From contig OZ244561.1 in the NCBI GenBank assembly GCA_965217585.1, forward strand, positions 6,976,001-7,040,000: a stretch of 64,000 nucleotides of DNA, written 5' to 3'. Below, one piece after another: positions 28,044-37,658 of the stretch; positions within the stretch are counted from its first letter, which is position 1, and each line of letters starts with the position of its first letter. The notes beneath the pieces are model-generated. The model did not search any database. It was given only the letters and a program-made list of their open reading frames with translations, and had not been told where the DNA came from. A program made the position numbers and the translations under genes. Source of the stretch: Candidatus Latescibacterota bacterium (GTDB lineage Bacteria; Latescibacterota; UBA2968; UBA8231).

Positions 28044-29447
28044 GTGAATAGCAATGTGGTCTTCATGCCTCTTAGAGAGCTGGCCGGGCTGGTGCGCACC
28101 CGGCAGGTCTCCCCGGTGGAATTGGCCGAGGTCTTCCTAGATCGTCTGGAAAATCTGGGACCCAAGTACAACGCGGTCGTCACGATGACTCGGCAACGAG
28201 CCGAGGAACAGGCCCGCCGGACCACAGAGGAGATCGCTGCGGGCAACTACAAAGGCCCCTTGCACGGCATACCCTACGGCCTCAAGGACGCCTTTGCTAC
28301 CTCGGGGATTCCCACTTCCTATGGCGCAGCACCGCTCAAAGATCAGACATTCGACTACGACGCCACCGTGGTCCAGAACCTGGAAAAGGCCGGGGCTGTT
28401 CTAGTGGCCAAGCTCGCCCTGGTGGAGTTGGCCGGGATCATGGTCTACCGCCAGCCCGATGCCTCCTTTACCGGCCCGGGCATCAATCCCTGGAATCGCA
28501 CTACTTGGAGCGGGGGTTCGTCGAGTGGCTCGGCCTCGGCAGTGTGCGCCGGCCTGGTGCCCTTTGCCATCGGTTCGGAGACCTGGGGATCCATTATAAG
28601 GCCCGCCAACAACTGCGGCATTTCCGGCCTGCGCCCGACCTACGGCCGCGTCAGCCGCCACGGAGGATTGGCCTTGTGCTGGACCTTGGACAAGGTGGGA
28701 CCCATGTGTCTGAATGCCGATGACTGCGGCCTAGTCCTGGAGAGTATTGCCGGGCACGACCCAAAAGATCCAAGCTCGACCACCCGGCCCTTCCGGTACC
28801 GAGTCCAGACCGACAGGCCCTTCAGGCTGGGAGTGCTCAAGGGCGGTGCGGATGGTGCCGAGGAAGAAGTGCGGACCAACTTCGAAAAAACACTCAAGGT
28901 GCTCAAAGCGATTGCCACCATCGACGAGGTCGAGTTCCCGGATATGCCCTACGAAGAGGTGACCCGGATCATCATGATGGCCGAATCGGCCAGCGCCTTT
29001 GAAGAGTTCACCGAAAGCGGCCAAGCCGCGGAACTGACCGCGCCCGAAGACCACTATGGCCCGTACGGCCGCGCCGCAGTGCTGGCCAAAGACTATCTGC
29101 GAGCCCTGCGCCTGCGCTCGGTGATCTGCCGGGAGATTGACGAGGTGATGAGTCCGTACGATGCCCTACTTGCTCCCGGACGGCTCACAGTGGCTTCGCC
29201 CATTGACCAGCCCTTCCGCAACCCGGCGCGCGGGGTGCTCAAGGATGTAATCGGCGCCGTGGGAAACAGCGCCGGGCTGCCGACCATTTCCGTGCCCAAT
29301 GGTTTCAACGACAACGGGCTGCCGACCGGACTGCAGATCATGGGCCGGGCCTACGAGGAAAACAAGATCCTGTCCGTGGCTTGCGCGTATCAGTCCCTGA
29401 CCGATTGGCATTTGCAGCACCCGCCCGCCTTGGTTCCTCCAACCTGA
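28044..29447 (+). CDS. Amidase-signature family enzyme
   Basis: GPLHGIPYGLKD, GGSSSGS, GSETWGSI, GLRPTYGRVSR, GLPTGLQ. Confidence 0.92.
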   Translation: MNSNVVFMPLRELAGLVRTRQVSPVELAEVFLDRLENLGPKYNAVVTMTRQRAEEQARRTTEEIAAGNYKGPLHGIPYGLKDAFATSGIPTSYGAAPLKDQTFDYDATVVQNLEKAGAVLVAKLALVELAGIMVYRQPDASFTGPGINPWNRTTWSGGSSSGSASAVCAGLVPFAIGSETWGSIIRPANNCGISGLRPTYGRVSRHGGLALCWTLDKVGPMCLNADDCGLVLESIAGHDPKDPSSTTRPFRYRVQTDRPFRLGVLKGGADGAEEEVRTNFEKTLKVLKAIATIDEVEFPDMPYEEVTRIIMMAESASAFEEFTESGQAAELTAPEDHYGPYGRAAVLAKDYLRALRLRSVICREIDEVMSPYDALLAPGRLTVASPIDQPFRNPARGVLKDVIGAVGNSAGLPTISVPNGFNDNGLPTGLQIMGRAYEENKILSVACAYQSLTDWHLQHPPALVPPT

Positions 29448-29506
29448 GAAGCCTTCTCAAAATTCCCTGACCGAGCAGACGAATTGTGCTTGCGGGCAGC
29501 TACAGG

Positions 29507-30424
29507 TCAAGTCCGTCCTAAAACGGCCTTCACCCGTTCCAGTTCCTCCCCCGCCAGTCCTATTCCATTGGACGCTCCGGCGTTCATTTCCAACTGCTCG
29601 ATGTGCTTGGCCCCGGCGATGATGGTCGACACCACTGGATAACTCAGGAGGTACTGGAGGGCGGCTTGGGCTAGGCTGCGCCCCGCCCGCTCGAGAAACC
29701 GAAGTTCTTCCACTTTCCGCAAAATGATCTGGTGGGCCACCACCGCCCCTTGTTCGTGCCAGCCACTTCCCGTGAAGGCGTGGTCGGCCGCATACTTGCC
29801 GCTCACCAAGCCCCGGGCCAGACCCTGTTTGACCACGACGCCCACATCCCGCTCGGTCGCCAGCCCGAACATAGCGTCCGCCATATCGTGGTAGAGCATG
29901 TGGAAGGTGGGCTGCAGCGAGTCAATCAGGTCCTGTTCCAGCAGCCAGACACCGGCGTCGATGTGGTTGACACTGGCCCCCCAGTAGCGAATCTTGCCCT
30001 GTTCCTTCAGGCTCTGCATGGCCTCCAGCCAATTGTTCTCCTGCAGATGATGAAGCTGTGGACTGTGCAGTTGGTACACATCGATATAATCCGTCTGCAA
30101 CCGGCGCAAACTCGCCTCTACCGCCTCTTCAATATGCCCGGGAGAAATATCCCGTCCCTCCCTGGGGATAACACTGCCGACCTTGGTGGCCAGAATCATC
30201 CGGTCGCGGCGTCCCTGCAGCGCTTTCCCCAGCATGATCTCGCTCCTCCCTTCCTGGTACACGTCCGCTGTATCGACGCAATTGATGCCCAGTTCCATGG
30301 CCCGATGCACCATGGCGATGTGCTCGGACTCGGTCAGTTCCCGCCGGCCCAGCATATTGGTGCCATAGCCGATTTCGGACACCTTTAGTTCAGTCCTGCC
30401 CAATCTTCGGTAGTGCATATTCAC
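29507..30424 (-). CDS. Aldo/keto reductase
   Basis: YRRLGRT.LKVSEIG, DTADVY, LATK, SLRRLQTDYID.YQLH. Confidence 0.92.
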   Translation of the reverse strand: MNMHYRRLGRTELKVSEIGYGTNMLGRRELTESEHIAMVHRAMELGINCVDTADVYQEGRSEIMLGKALQGRRDRMILATKVGSVIPREGRDISPGHIEEAVEASLRRLQTDYIDVYQLHSPQLHHLQENNWLEAMQSLKEQGKIRYWGASVNHIDAGVWLLEQDLIDSLQPTFHMLYHDMADAMFGLATERDVGVVVKQGLARGLVSGKYAADHAFTGSGWHEQGAVVAHQIILRKVEELRFLERAGRSLAQAALQYLLSYPVVSTIIAGAKHIEQLEMNAGASNGIGLAGEELERVKAVLGRT

Positions 30425-30429
30425 CTCGC

Positions 30430-32391
30430 TCAGAAATAGACCAGGATATTTCCCTGCATGCCCGTCGAACTATCAATTAGAAACCACGCGCCGCCCGCAG
30501 CCACATTACCCAAGACCAATCCCAGGAAAAATGGCTGAATCCGCCTGTACAATCCAGGCCCCCCGTATTTCAACACCACGCTCTTGAAGAGCCACACCAG
30601 GAAGACGCTCACCCAGATCTGGTTGGTAACCCAAGTCGTGGCAATGGGCAAGCCGACCGGATGCAGCGGCCACCACAAAAAGTAGTGCCGCGCCAGCATC
30701 AGCAACACCATGACCCCACCGCCTACTGCCACGTAAAACCATCCCTCCCAGTTCACCGCCATCGGGTTGGCGATCCACCCCGCTATATCCTCGAAGGGCG
30801 TTTGCGACCCCACGAAAAAGTACTGGTTCAGGTTGATGCCGCCGTAGGTATAGGCTTGGTGGAGGAGGTACCAGGTCGAGCCGACCAGACTGATGACCAC
30901 CGCCCATACAATCGCCCAGAACAGCCGCGGTCCGCCCCCCCGCGCGTGGAGTTCTCCGTCGAGCTTTAGCGCGTTGGCGCACGCGGCCATGGCGAAAATG
31001 CGCACCTTCAAAATCCACACGTACGTCATGCCTAGCGCCGCCAAGCCCTCTGCGCCGATGGCCGTGGTTCCCACCGTGGAGGTCATAAAGGCCTGTGGAT
31101 AAATCGGCGCCCGGATGGTCGCCAAGCCCGCCTCGGCCACAAAACGGCTCAACCCCACGAATAGGACGAAGACCACGAACAGAAACCAGGGCACCAACCA
31201 ACCCGGCAGTCCCGACAGGGTCAGCCACGCGCCCAAGATAGCCAAGCCGATAATCGTCCCGAACACCGCGGTGCGATAGGAGAGCATCTCCCCAGAGTCG
31301 TCCACTGCTGCGTCCCCCAAAAAAGCTTTGCGGCACACGGCCCGCAAATGATTGCGCCCCACCCACAGACTGAAGAGCACAAAGGCAATCAGGGCACCCA
31401 TGCCCTCGTGGGCTGCAATCGCTTCCGAAGTGGCGTACCCGGTCAGTCGCTCTCTCATGGCGATGCCCAAGACGCTGAAGAGGCCCTGTTGGGCGGTGGT
31501 CAGCAGAAAAAAAACCCAGATGCTCAGGAGCACTTGTAGGTTGACGAAATAGGCAAACCCCAAGGTCATAAAGCTGAGGGCGAGGCGCAGGCTCACTAGG
31601 TCGCGGAATACGGGGATACTGGTGTCGAGGACTATCGCGGGGATGAAATTGTAATAGCTGTGCAGAGCATCGAGACTCAGCAACGCGAACGGGATAGAGA
31701 ACCCCAGCCACATGACGGGATTGCGGAAAAACGGCCGCATCAGCGAGCCGTCCTCCTCGATCATCTCTATGGGCAGCTTCACCAGCGGATACACCAAGCG
31801 CTCGTGGTCGATCCACTGCCGCCGCAGAATGACCATCGTGCACACCATCACGAAGCACAAGGTCAAAAAGAACAGCGCCCAGCCGCACAGCGGTTGTATC
31901 CACGCCCCCCACGGAATGGGCACCCCGGCTGGCGACCCCTCGAAAAAGTGCTGCACGGCCTCACCATCCAGCGGCGCGAACCACCCCTTCATATACGGGT
32001 GGATCAGGTCCACCCAGTCGTTCTCGGGCGTGGCGTAGTAGAACACACTGGCGATTTTGGGCACCATGTGCTCGACATAGCCCTCCGTCGGCACGGTGGC
32101 CGCCATCATCGCCATGATGAAGACGCTTCCCAACTCGGCACGTCGCAACATCAGCCGTCGATGGACCAGACCGAGGAGGGGATTGACCAGCCCCGCGAAG
32201 AGCGCAAAGACGAAGAAGGCGATGGGCACGCTGATATTGAGGGCCATCCACGAGGCGTTGATAAAGGTCGAGTGCAGCGCGCCAATCGCGGCGCATAGGG
32301 AGAGGACACAGCCCCAAAAAAATGCCTTGTAACTCAGACCGGAGGATGCAGTTGGCGGTTCGGAATCCCGAAGCCCCGGCTGCTGGCTCAT
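30430..32391 (-). CDS. Polytopic membrane protein, DUF6785/DUF6784-like (putative transporter)
   Basis: Start ATG 32391 behind GAGG; YYATPENDW, LRRQW.DHERLVYPL, DDSGEMLSYR, WWPLHP. Confidence 0.88.
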   Translation of the reverse strand: MSQQPGLRDSEPPTASSGLSYKAFFWGCVLSLCAAIGALHSTFINASWMALNISVPIAFFVFALFAGLVNPLLGLVHRRLMLRRAELGSVFIMAMMAATVPTEGYVEHMVPKIASVFYYATPENDWVDLIHPYMKGWFAPLDGEAVQHFFEGSPAGVPIPWGAWIQPLCGWALFFLTLCFVMVCTMVILRRQWIDHERLVYPLVKLPIEMIEEDGSLMRPFFRNPVMWLGFSIPFALLSLDALHSYYNFIPAIVLDTSIPVFRDLVSLRLALSFMTLGFAYFVNLQVLLSIWVFFLLTTAQQGLFSVLGIAMRERLTGYATSEAIAAHEGMGALIAFVLFSLWVGRNHLRAVCRKAFLGDAAVDDSGEMLSYRTAVFGTIIGLAILGAWLTLSGLPGWLVPWFLFVVFVLFVGLSRFVAEAGLATIRAPIYPQAFMTSTVGTTAIGAEGLAALGMTYVWILKVRIFAMAACANALKLDGELHARGGGPRLFWAIVWAVVISLVGSTWYLLHQAYTYGGINLNQYFFVGSQTPFEDIAGWIANPMAVNWEGWFYVAVGGGVMVLLMLARHYFLWWPLHPVGLPIATTWVTNQIWVSVFLVWLFKSVVLKYGGPGLYRRIQPFFLGLVLGNVAAGGAWFLIDSSTGMQGNILVYF

Positions 32392-32401
32392 CGCATGGAC
32401 C

Positions 32402-33169
32402 TCAGTTTTTAATGGGCTCTCGCTCTCCGCGGGGGTAGTAATAGCCAATCTCGCGGTCAAAGGCGTACTCGATGGCGATCGTTTCGATCGGTTCATCGCG
32501 AAAGTTAAAACGCAGGGCGATATCGCCGAGCCGCAGACGCACTGTGCGGACCTCTGGGTGGAGATCCGCAAAGGCGATGAAGCCTTCGACCTCCTGCCCG
32601 CTGAAGACCACACCGCCGGGGTACAGCGTTCTTCTCAGCAGATCCTTCCGGCCCTGGAAAGTGGTGTAGAGTTGGCCGACATAACCGGTGATGTACTTGC
32701 GGTAGTATTCTTCCATATCGGTCTGGCTCAAAGCTGGGTAGCGGCGGCCGTTCTCGCTGATGATGGCACTCTTTGCCGGATCGATCAGGAGTTTCGGGTA
32801 CTGATAGTTCTTGACTTTGAGCTGGAAGACGGTAAAGCGCCGGGGCGTGGTGCCCGTGGAGGGATCGCGCCAATTGCCAAAGGTATAGGGGTTGGTCGAT
32901 TCCGTGCCCTGGAGGGATTGAGCCGGAAACAGCCTGTTCAGTTCGCGGTCGGAAAACGGTCGCACAGCTATCTCCAGCCGATCGGCCACATAGGTGACCG
33001 TCCCATCGTCGCTGACGATCATACCGGCAGCTTGGCCCTCTTCATCGAGAGGTCGCAGCGGATCGGCGTAATATTGATAGCCGTACTTGCAGCTAGAGAG
33101 ACCGAGAGTTAGGACGAGAATACACGCCCATCGTCTGTAGCCAAAAGGAACTGAAGCGCGCATCGACAA
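32402..33169 (-). CDS. Hypothetical lipoprotein
   Basis: LGLSSC lipobox; beta-rich body; tightly packed between the FlgD-tail gene and the membrane protein gene. Confidence 0.8.
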   Translation of the reverse strand: MSMRASVPFGYRRWACILVLTLGLSSCKYGYQYYADPLRPLDEEGQAAGMIVSDDGTVTYVADRLEIAVRPFSDRELNRLFPAQSLQGTESTNPYTFGNWRDPSTGTTPRRFTVFQLKVKNYQYPKLLIDPAKSAIISENGRRYPALSQTDMEEYYRKYITGYVGQLYTTFQGRKDLLRRTLYPGGVVFSGQEVEGFIAFADLHPEVRTVRLRLGDIALRFNFRDEPIETIAIEYAFDREIGYYYPRGEREPIKN

Positions 33170-33178
33170 TACCTTCTC

Positions 33179-35050
33179 CTAGTATGCTACTGCCACCGCA
33201 CCGACGCGGACCTGCGCGCCGACGGCAGCGTCCATTGAAACCCGGTAGATGTACACCCCCGGCGCTACTAGTTGTCCAGACCCATCCCTACCGTCCCAGA
33301 ATACGCGGCCGAAACCGCTGGACTGGAACATTGCCTCGCGCCAGACGAGGCGGCCGGAGAGGTCGTGGATTGCGATTTCAACGGGAACGGGTACCGTGGC
33401 CTGAAACAGGTTATAGGTGAACTCCGCCCAATCGTTCACGCCATCCCCGTTGGGCGTAAAGGGACTGGGGTGGATCTCTACCGCAGCCAGCAACTTGCCC
33501 TGCTCTTCCGGGGCAAACCCGACGAGCAGATCCTCTGAATTGAGGTCAATATGCACATCGCCGGGAACAATTGGCTGAGGCATCTCGTCGCGCCTGCTGT
33601 TGAAAACTCGGCCTGCAAAGCGCGTGCCCGCAACAAAGACGCGGCAGTCGAAATCGACTTCGACTAGGATGGCATCCCGGTCGATCAAGCGCCCGGGAAA
33701 AGAGACGCGCAGACGGTTTTCCTCCACCTCGGCGACAAAATCGTCCAAGCCTATGCCAGCGATCCTCACCTCTTGCACCACCGCAGCGGTAGGTGTGGCG
33801 ATCTCCACCCCGTCGAAACCGGGATCTCCAGGACCCACGCGCGGCCTCAGCGCATAGGTGAAGCGCACGAGTTCGCCCGGGGAGACGAGCGCGGGCCAAA
33901 TCTCGCCTTCGACCTGCTCGACCAAGGGCGGCGAAAACTCGACCGCGAGAGAATCGATGCGGGAGCGCGACAGCGGCAGAGCGCTGGCAAAGTCGATCTC
34001 AAACTGGAAATAGCGCGCAGGTTTGGGGGCCACCACGGGTTCCCTCCCAGTGGACGGATAGGGCGCGGACCACGGAGTCCAATTTTTCGTATCGGCCACA
34101 ATAGGCCCCCTCGCCTTGGGGTGCAGAGCCTCGTATGCGCTGCGCGATACGGCCTGTTGGCCGTTTTGTCCTATGCCCGTAAAGCTGAGGTAGATATTCG
34201 GATCGGGCGTCGAGCCGCTCCGCGTGCGAATCTGCAGGGTACTGCCGGGATCGTCCACCGCATCCCAGGTCATGGCCCCCAAAACGACCGGCTCGCCAAA
34301 GTCGATGATCTCGGATGTAAAGGTGGCTGAGGAGGCATACCCCTTGCCCCGGACCTCCACCTCGCCGAGTTGCCAGAGACGGGCGCTGGGCAAGCTGATC
34401 GTATCGGAGAGAGCCACATAGCGCACCAAGCGCGGCGGCATTTCGATATGCGCGGCGCTTCCCTCGGTCTGCTCCACCTCAGCAACCAGCTCCCAATCGC
34501 GCACAAACCAGTGCCAGTTCCTCTGCCTTTGGGGAAAGGCGACGGGCTCTTTGCCGTCTTGGATAAAAACCTGGAACCCTTCGATAAAGCGGAACTCAAG
34601 CCCCTCTACCGCTGAGAAAGCAATGCGGTCCACACCGAAGGGTGCCCCCAAATCGACGACTAGGACGACGGCGAAAAAGGGGTTGTTCTCGCGCGTATTG
34701 ACGATATCGAGTTCGATGGGAGGCCAGCCACTCAATCGGTCGCCGTCCACTACATTTTTCAGGCTCTCGAATTTTCGCCAAGTGTAGTTGGTCAGCACCC
34801 GCGCCGAGTCCAACTGTCGCAGGTTGAGGGCGAGGTTCTCGCCCGACACTTCGAGCGGCTCCAGCCAGCCGGAACTCTGCGCGTCGCTCAACAGCTCCAG
34901 AGTGCCGACAGTATTCCAAGGGCGGGCCTGTCCGCCGACTGTCCAGAGGTCCACGGGTACGCCCTGTGTCCAGCAGCCTACGACGAGGAGTAAAACCGTC
35001 CGGTGCAAAGCGCCAAGGGACAGAGCAACAGTACGTCTTCTGGCCATCAA
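33179..35050 (-). CDS. Secreted discoidin/Ig/FlgD-tail protein
   Basis: VDLGAPFGVDRI, RTRSG, WTPWSAPY, PSPFTPNGDGVND; ends VAVAY. Confidence 0.85.
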   Translation of the reverse strand: MMARRRTVALSLGALHRTVLLLVVGCWTQGVPVDLWTVGGQARPWNTVGTLELLSDAQSSGWLEPLEVSGENLALNLRQLDSARVLTNYTWRKFESLKNVVDGDRLSGWPPIELDIVNTRENNPFFAVVLVVDLGAPFGVDRIAFSAVEGLEFRFIEGFQVFIQDGKEPVAFPQRQRNWHWFVRDWELVAEVEQTEGSAAHIEMPPRLVRYVALSDTISLPSARLWQLGEVEVRGKGYASSATFTSEIIDFGEPVVLGAMTWDAVDDPGSTLQIRTRSGSTPDPNIYLSFTGIGQNGQQAVSRSAYEALHPKARGPIVADTKNWTPWSAPYPSTGREPVVAPKPARYFQFEIDFASALPLSRSRIDSLAVEFSPPLVEQVEGEIWPALVSPGELVRFTYALRPRVGPGDPGFDGVEIATPTAAVVQEVRIAGIGLDDFVAEVEENRLRVSFPGRLIDRDAILVEVDFDCRVFVAGTRFAGRVFNSRRDEMPQPIVPGDVHIDLNSEDLLVGFAPEEQGKLLAAVEIHPSPFTPNGDGVNDWAEFTYNLFQATVPVPVEIAIHDLSGRLVWREAMFQSSGFGRVFWDGRDGSGQLVAPGVYIYRVSMDAAVGAQVRVGAVAVAY

Positions 35051-37647
35051 TCTAGTCCGGCAAATATGACGAGGAACGATTCGACGCGGTTCTGTTCCCG
35101 GTCCTCAAAGCGCTGCTGCTGCACTTGCGTCCCCAGGTTTATCGTCACCTGATATCCGAGATACGCCTGAGTGACGGATAGCTGCAAAGCGCCGACCCAA
35201 CCCCAAAAATCGAGCCGCGCCCCAGGTTGGTCGGCCCAATCCCAGAATTTGGTCAATTCCGTACCACCTTCCAGCTCGAGATTGGGCATCAACTGCACTG
35301 CCAGCGTTAGAAAGAGGATCTCGGACAGGTTGTTTTTGCTGCCCACACTTTCCAGATAGGCGGTCTGGCGCCGGTACATGCTCTTCAATTTGGGGTGGAA
35401 TACCAGCGCTTCAGTGAGTTGGAAAGAGTAATCGAGTTTGTGGATTAGGCCGAGGAAATGGGAATCGTCGATGATCTCCGGTTCTTCCCCAGGCCGGGTG
35501 AGCCGGGCGACATTGTCGCCGCGCTGAACGAGGCTCTCGTATTTGACCTTGGCTGCCGTGTTGAAACGGCCCCAAGCCTGGTCGAAACCGATAAAAACCG
35601 AGTTGACGACCGCGTCTTGGGCCAGCATGGGATCTGCAAAGGGAAATTCGCTCACGCCGAACGTACCCGGCGGCTGCGTCCAAAACAATTGGTCGTCGAT
35701 GATGTTGTCCTCGACGAACTTGAGCTGGTAGAAAAAGCGGAATTGGCCCAACGCGACCCGGTCCTGCTGCATTTTGAAGAGCAGATAGGAGAAGCGACTG
35801 CGGCGGTCGGCCGACAGCAACCACTGGTTTGAATAGCCCCCTAGCAGCTGGACCCCGGGGAAAATATTGAGGCCCAAGTATCCGTTGTACCCGCGGTGGT
35901 CCCGTTGAAACGGGTAGTCGGCCTCGTCATCGTCCTCAAAGCGATCGATTAGGGTGTTGTTGTCCATGTCGATGCCAAAGAGGAATTCGGGCGGGTCCAC
36001 GGTATAGCGGAGGAAGGGTTCGTCGTAATCGGGCCGGGTGTTGTCGTTTTGGTTAAAATCCGAGATAAAATCGTTGTTCTCGTCTAGACCGGGAAATATC
36101 CCGCCTCTGGGTCCGCCGGAGATGGAGCGGCGCTGACTTTCGTTGGGTTGCTGGGCCCGGCGCCAGTCGGGGAAGCGATCTTGGTCGTCGTTGTCGTCGA
36201 CAAATTCGTACACGCCGCGCAGTTTGTTGGTGTAGTCGAGCTTGCCCTGCTGATCCTGGATGTACATGGACGTGGAGTAGTCCTGGTCCACAGTGAAAAT
36301 TTCGCCGTACGCGAACCACGGATAGTACCGACTCGTGGTGCGCGCGGTCAGGTAGCCGACCTGGGCAGTGTTCGCGGCCCGCACATGCCTTTCGAAATTC
36401 ACATTGGGCAGGCGGCGCCACTGATTGTTGTTATTCCACTCAGCCAAGATGTCGAGTCCGGCGACATCCTGGACTTCGAGCGTCATACCGTAGATTTCGT
36501 TGGCCGTCGGCAGGCCGTAGTCAAAGCGGACGAGACGCTGATTGGAGCCGTCTTGAACATTCCGCGCGGACTTGGCCACCGGCAGGTACACGGGTTGGTC
36601 CGAGAAATCGGTCTGTAGGTTGGAAGTCACCTCCACCAAGTAGTCATTGGCCAATACCAGTTCAAAGACTAACTTGCGGATCAATTCGGGCTGGGTGAAT
36701 GCGTAGGTCAGGACGATCTGCTCGGCTCCGTCGGCGACCAAGGCCCCGCGGCGCGGAGTGCCGCCCTCGACTAGGGGGGCAATAGCGAGGGGTTCGGTAT
36801 CCGCATTCGCAAAAACGCGCTCGGAAAAGAGGATGGCTCCACCCTCGCCGTCTCCCGGCGAATCGTCGCTGATGCGGATTTGCACTTGGCGGATGACGTC
36901 GCGATTCTGCTCGGTCGTCAAGTTTCCCGCGCGGATCCCGGCCAGACTCAAATCCGGCGAAGTCCGCCCTAGATGGGCATTGACATACGTGCCGCCCATC
37001 TGGACGAAATCCCCGATCTGCACCGTCGTCCTGAAGCCGAGCAAGTTGTTGAAGTCGGTGATCTTCGATTCGTTTACCTCCCCCCCTTCGAGCGCTATGG
37101 GCAGGTTGACCCGGGACATGAGCAAGGTCGCTGCGTATTTGTCCGACTGGAGATCGACCTGGACCCCATTGAAGGCCGGTTTGGAAAAAGTAAAAGGGGT
37201 CAGGGCCGTGCGGATCTCATCGCCGACCGTCACGGCAAAGTAGTACTGGCCCCTTTGGACCTGGGTCACGACCAGCCTGTTGAACCAAGAATTGAAGCGG
37301 CTGCTCTTGAGGATGTCGCTGCCGAAGGTCGTAGGCTGCTCCTGGGTCCAGCGGTAGATCCGCCACCCCTCGGTCACGTAGTTCCCATAGAGGTCGTACC
37401 AGCGGGTGCCCTCCAGTTCGGTATCCACGTAGCGCTGGTAGGGGACTCTGGCATAATTGGAATACTGCCACCAGTCCCACTTGTACTCGGCGTAGAGTTG
37501 CTGGGGGCGATACCACTTCTGGATGGTGGGATCAATGGCCGCAAAAAAGGTTTGGGCTCCCGTCGGGTTCAGGGCCTGCGCCCGGCTCGGTGGCGGCACG
37601 GCCGCGAGCAATGCCACTGTGATTGCGATGTATTTGCAGTAGGTCAC
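35047..37647 (-). CDS. Large putative outer-membrane beta-rich protein with Asp/Asn-rich insert (subtype I)
   Basis: Collinear with 10511..13186 (KWY.PQ.LY.EY.W..W.YSNYAR..YQRYV; DDNDDQDRFPD; ends FLVIFAGLD). Confidence 0.85.
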   Translation of the reverse strand: MTYCKYIAITVALLAAVPPPSRAQALNPTGAQTFFAAIDPTIQKWYRPQQLYAEYKWDWWQYSNYARVPYQRYVDTELEGTRWYDLYGNYVTEGWRIYRWTQEQPTTFGSDILKSSRFNSWFNRLVVTQVQRGQYYFAVTVGDEIRTALTPFTFSKPAFNGVQVDLQSDKYAATLLMSRVNLPIALEGGEVNESKITDFNNLLGFRTTVQIGDFVQMGGTYVNAHLGRTSPDLSLAGIRAGNLTTEQNRDVIRQVQIRISDDSPGDGEGGAILFSERVFANADTEPLAIAPLVEGGTPRRGALVADGAEQIVLTYAFTQPELIRKLVFELVLANDYLVEVTSNLQTDFSDQPVYLPVAKSARNVQDGSNQRLVRFDYGLPTANEIYGMTLEVQDVAGLDILAEWNNNNQWRRLPNVNFERHVRAANTAQVGYLTARTTSRYYPWFAYGEIFTVDQDYSTSMYIQDQQGKLDYTNKLRGVYEFVDDNDDQDRFPDWRRAQQPNESQRRSISGGPRGGIFPGLDENNDFISDFNQNDNTRPDYDEPFLRYTVDPPEFLFGIDMDNNTLIDRFEDDDEADYPFQRDHRGYNGYLGLNIFPGVQLLGGYSNQWLLSADRRSRFSYLLFKMQQDRVALGQFRFFYQLKFVEDNIIDDQLFWTQPPGTFGVSEFPFADPMLAQDAVVNSVFIGFDQAWGRFNTAAKVKYESLVQRGDNVARLTRPGEEPEIIDDSHFLGLIHKLDYSFQLTEALVFHPKLKSMYRRQTAYLESVGSKNNLSEILFLTLAVQLMPNLELEGGTELTKFWDWADQPGARLDFWGWVGALQLSVTQAYLGYQVTINLGTQVQQQRFEDREQNRVESFLVIFAGLD

Positions 37648-37658
37648 GGAAAACCGCC

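Noticed and set aside
28044-29447. Calling the amidase gatA
   Set aside because: No gatB nearby, and the sequence has LALVELAG and SETWGS where GatA has NMDEFAMG and SDTGGS.
30506-31912. 468-aa same-strand alternate-frame ORF
   Set aside because: Lies within the DUF6785-like gene; Arg/Gly-rich composition typical of off-frame translation.
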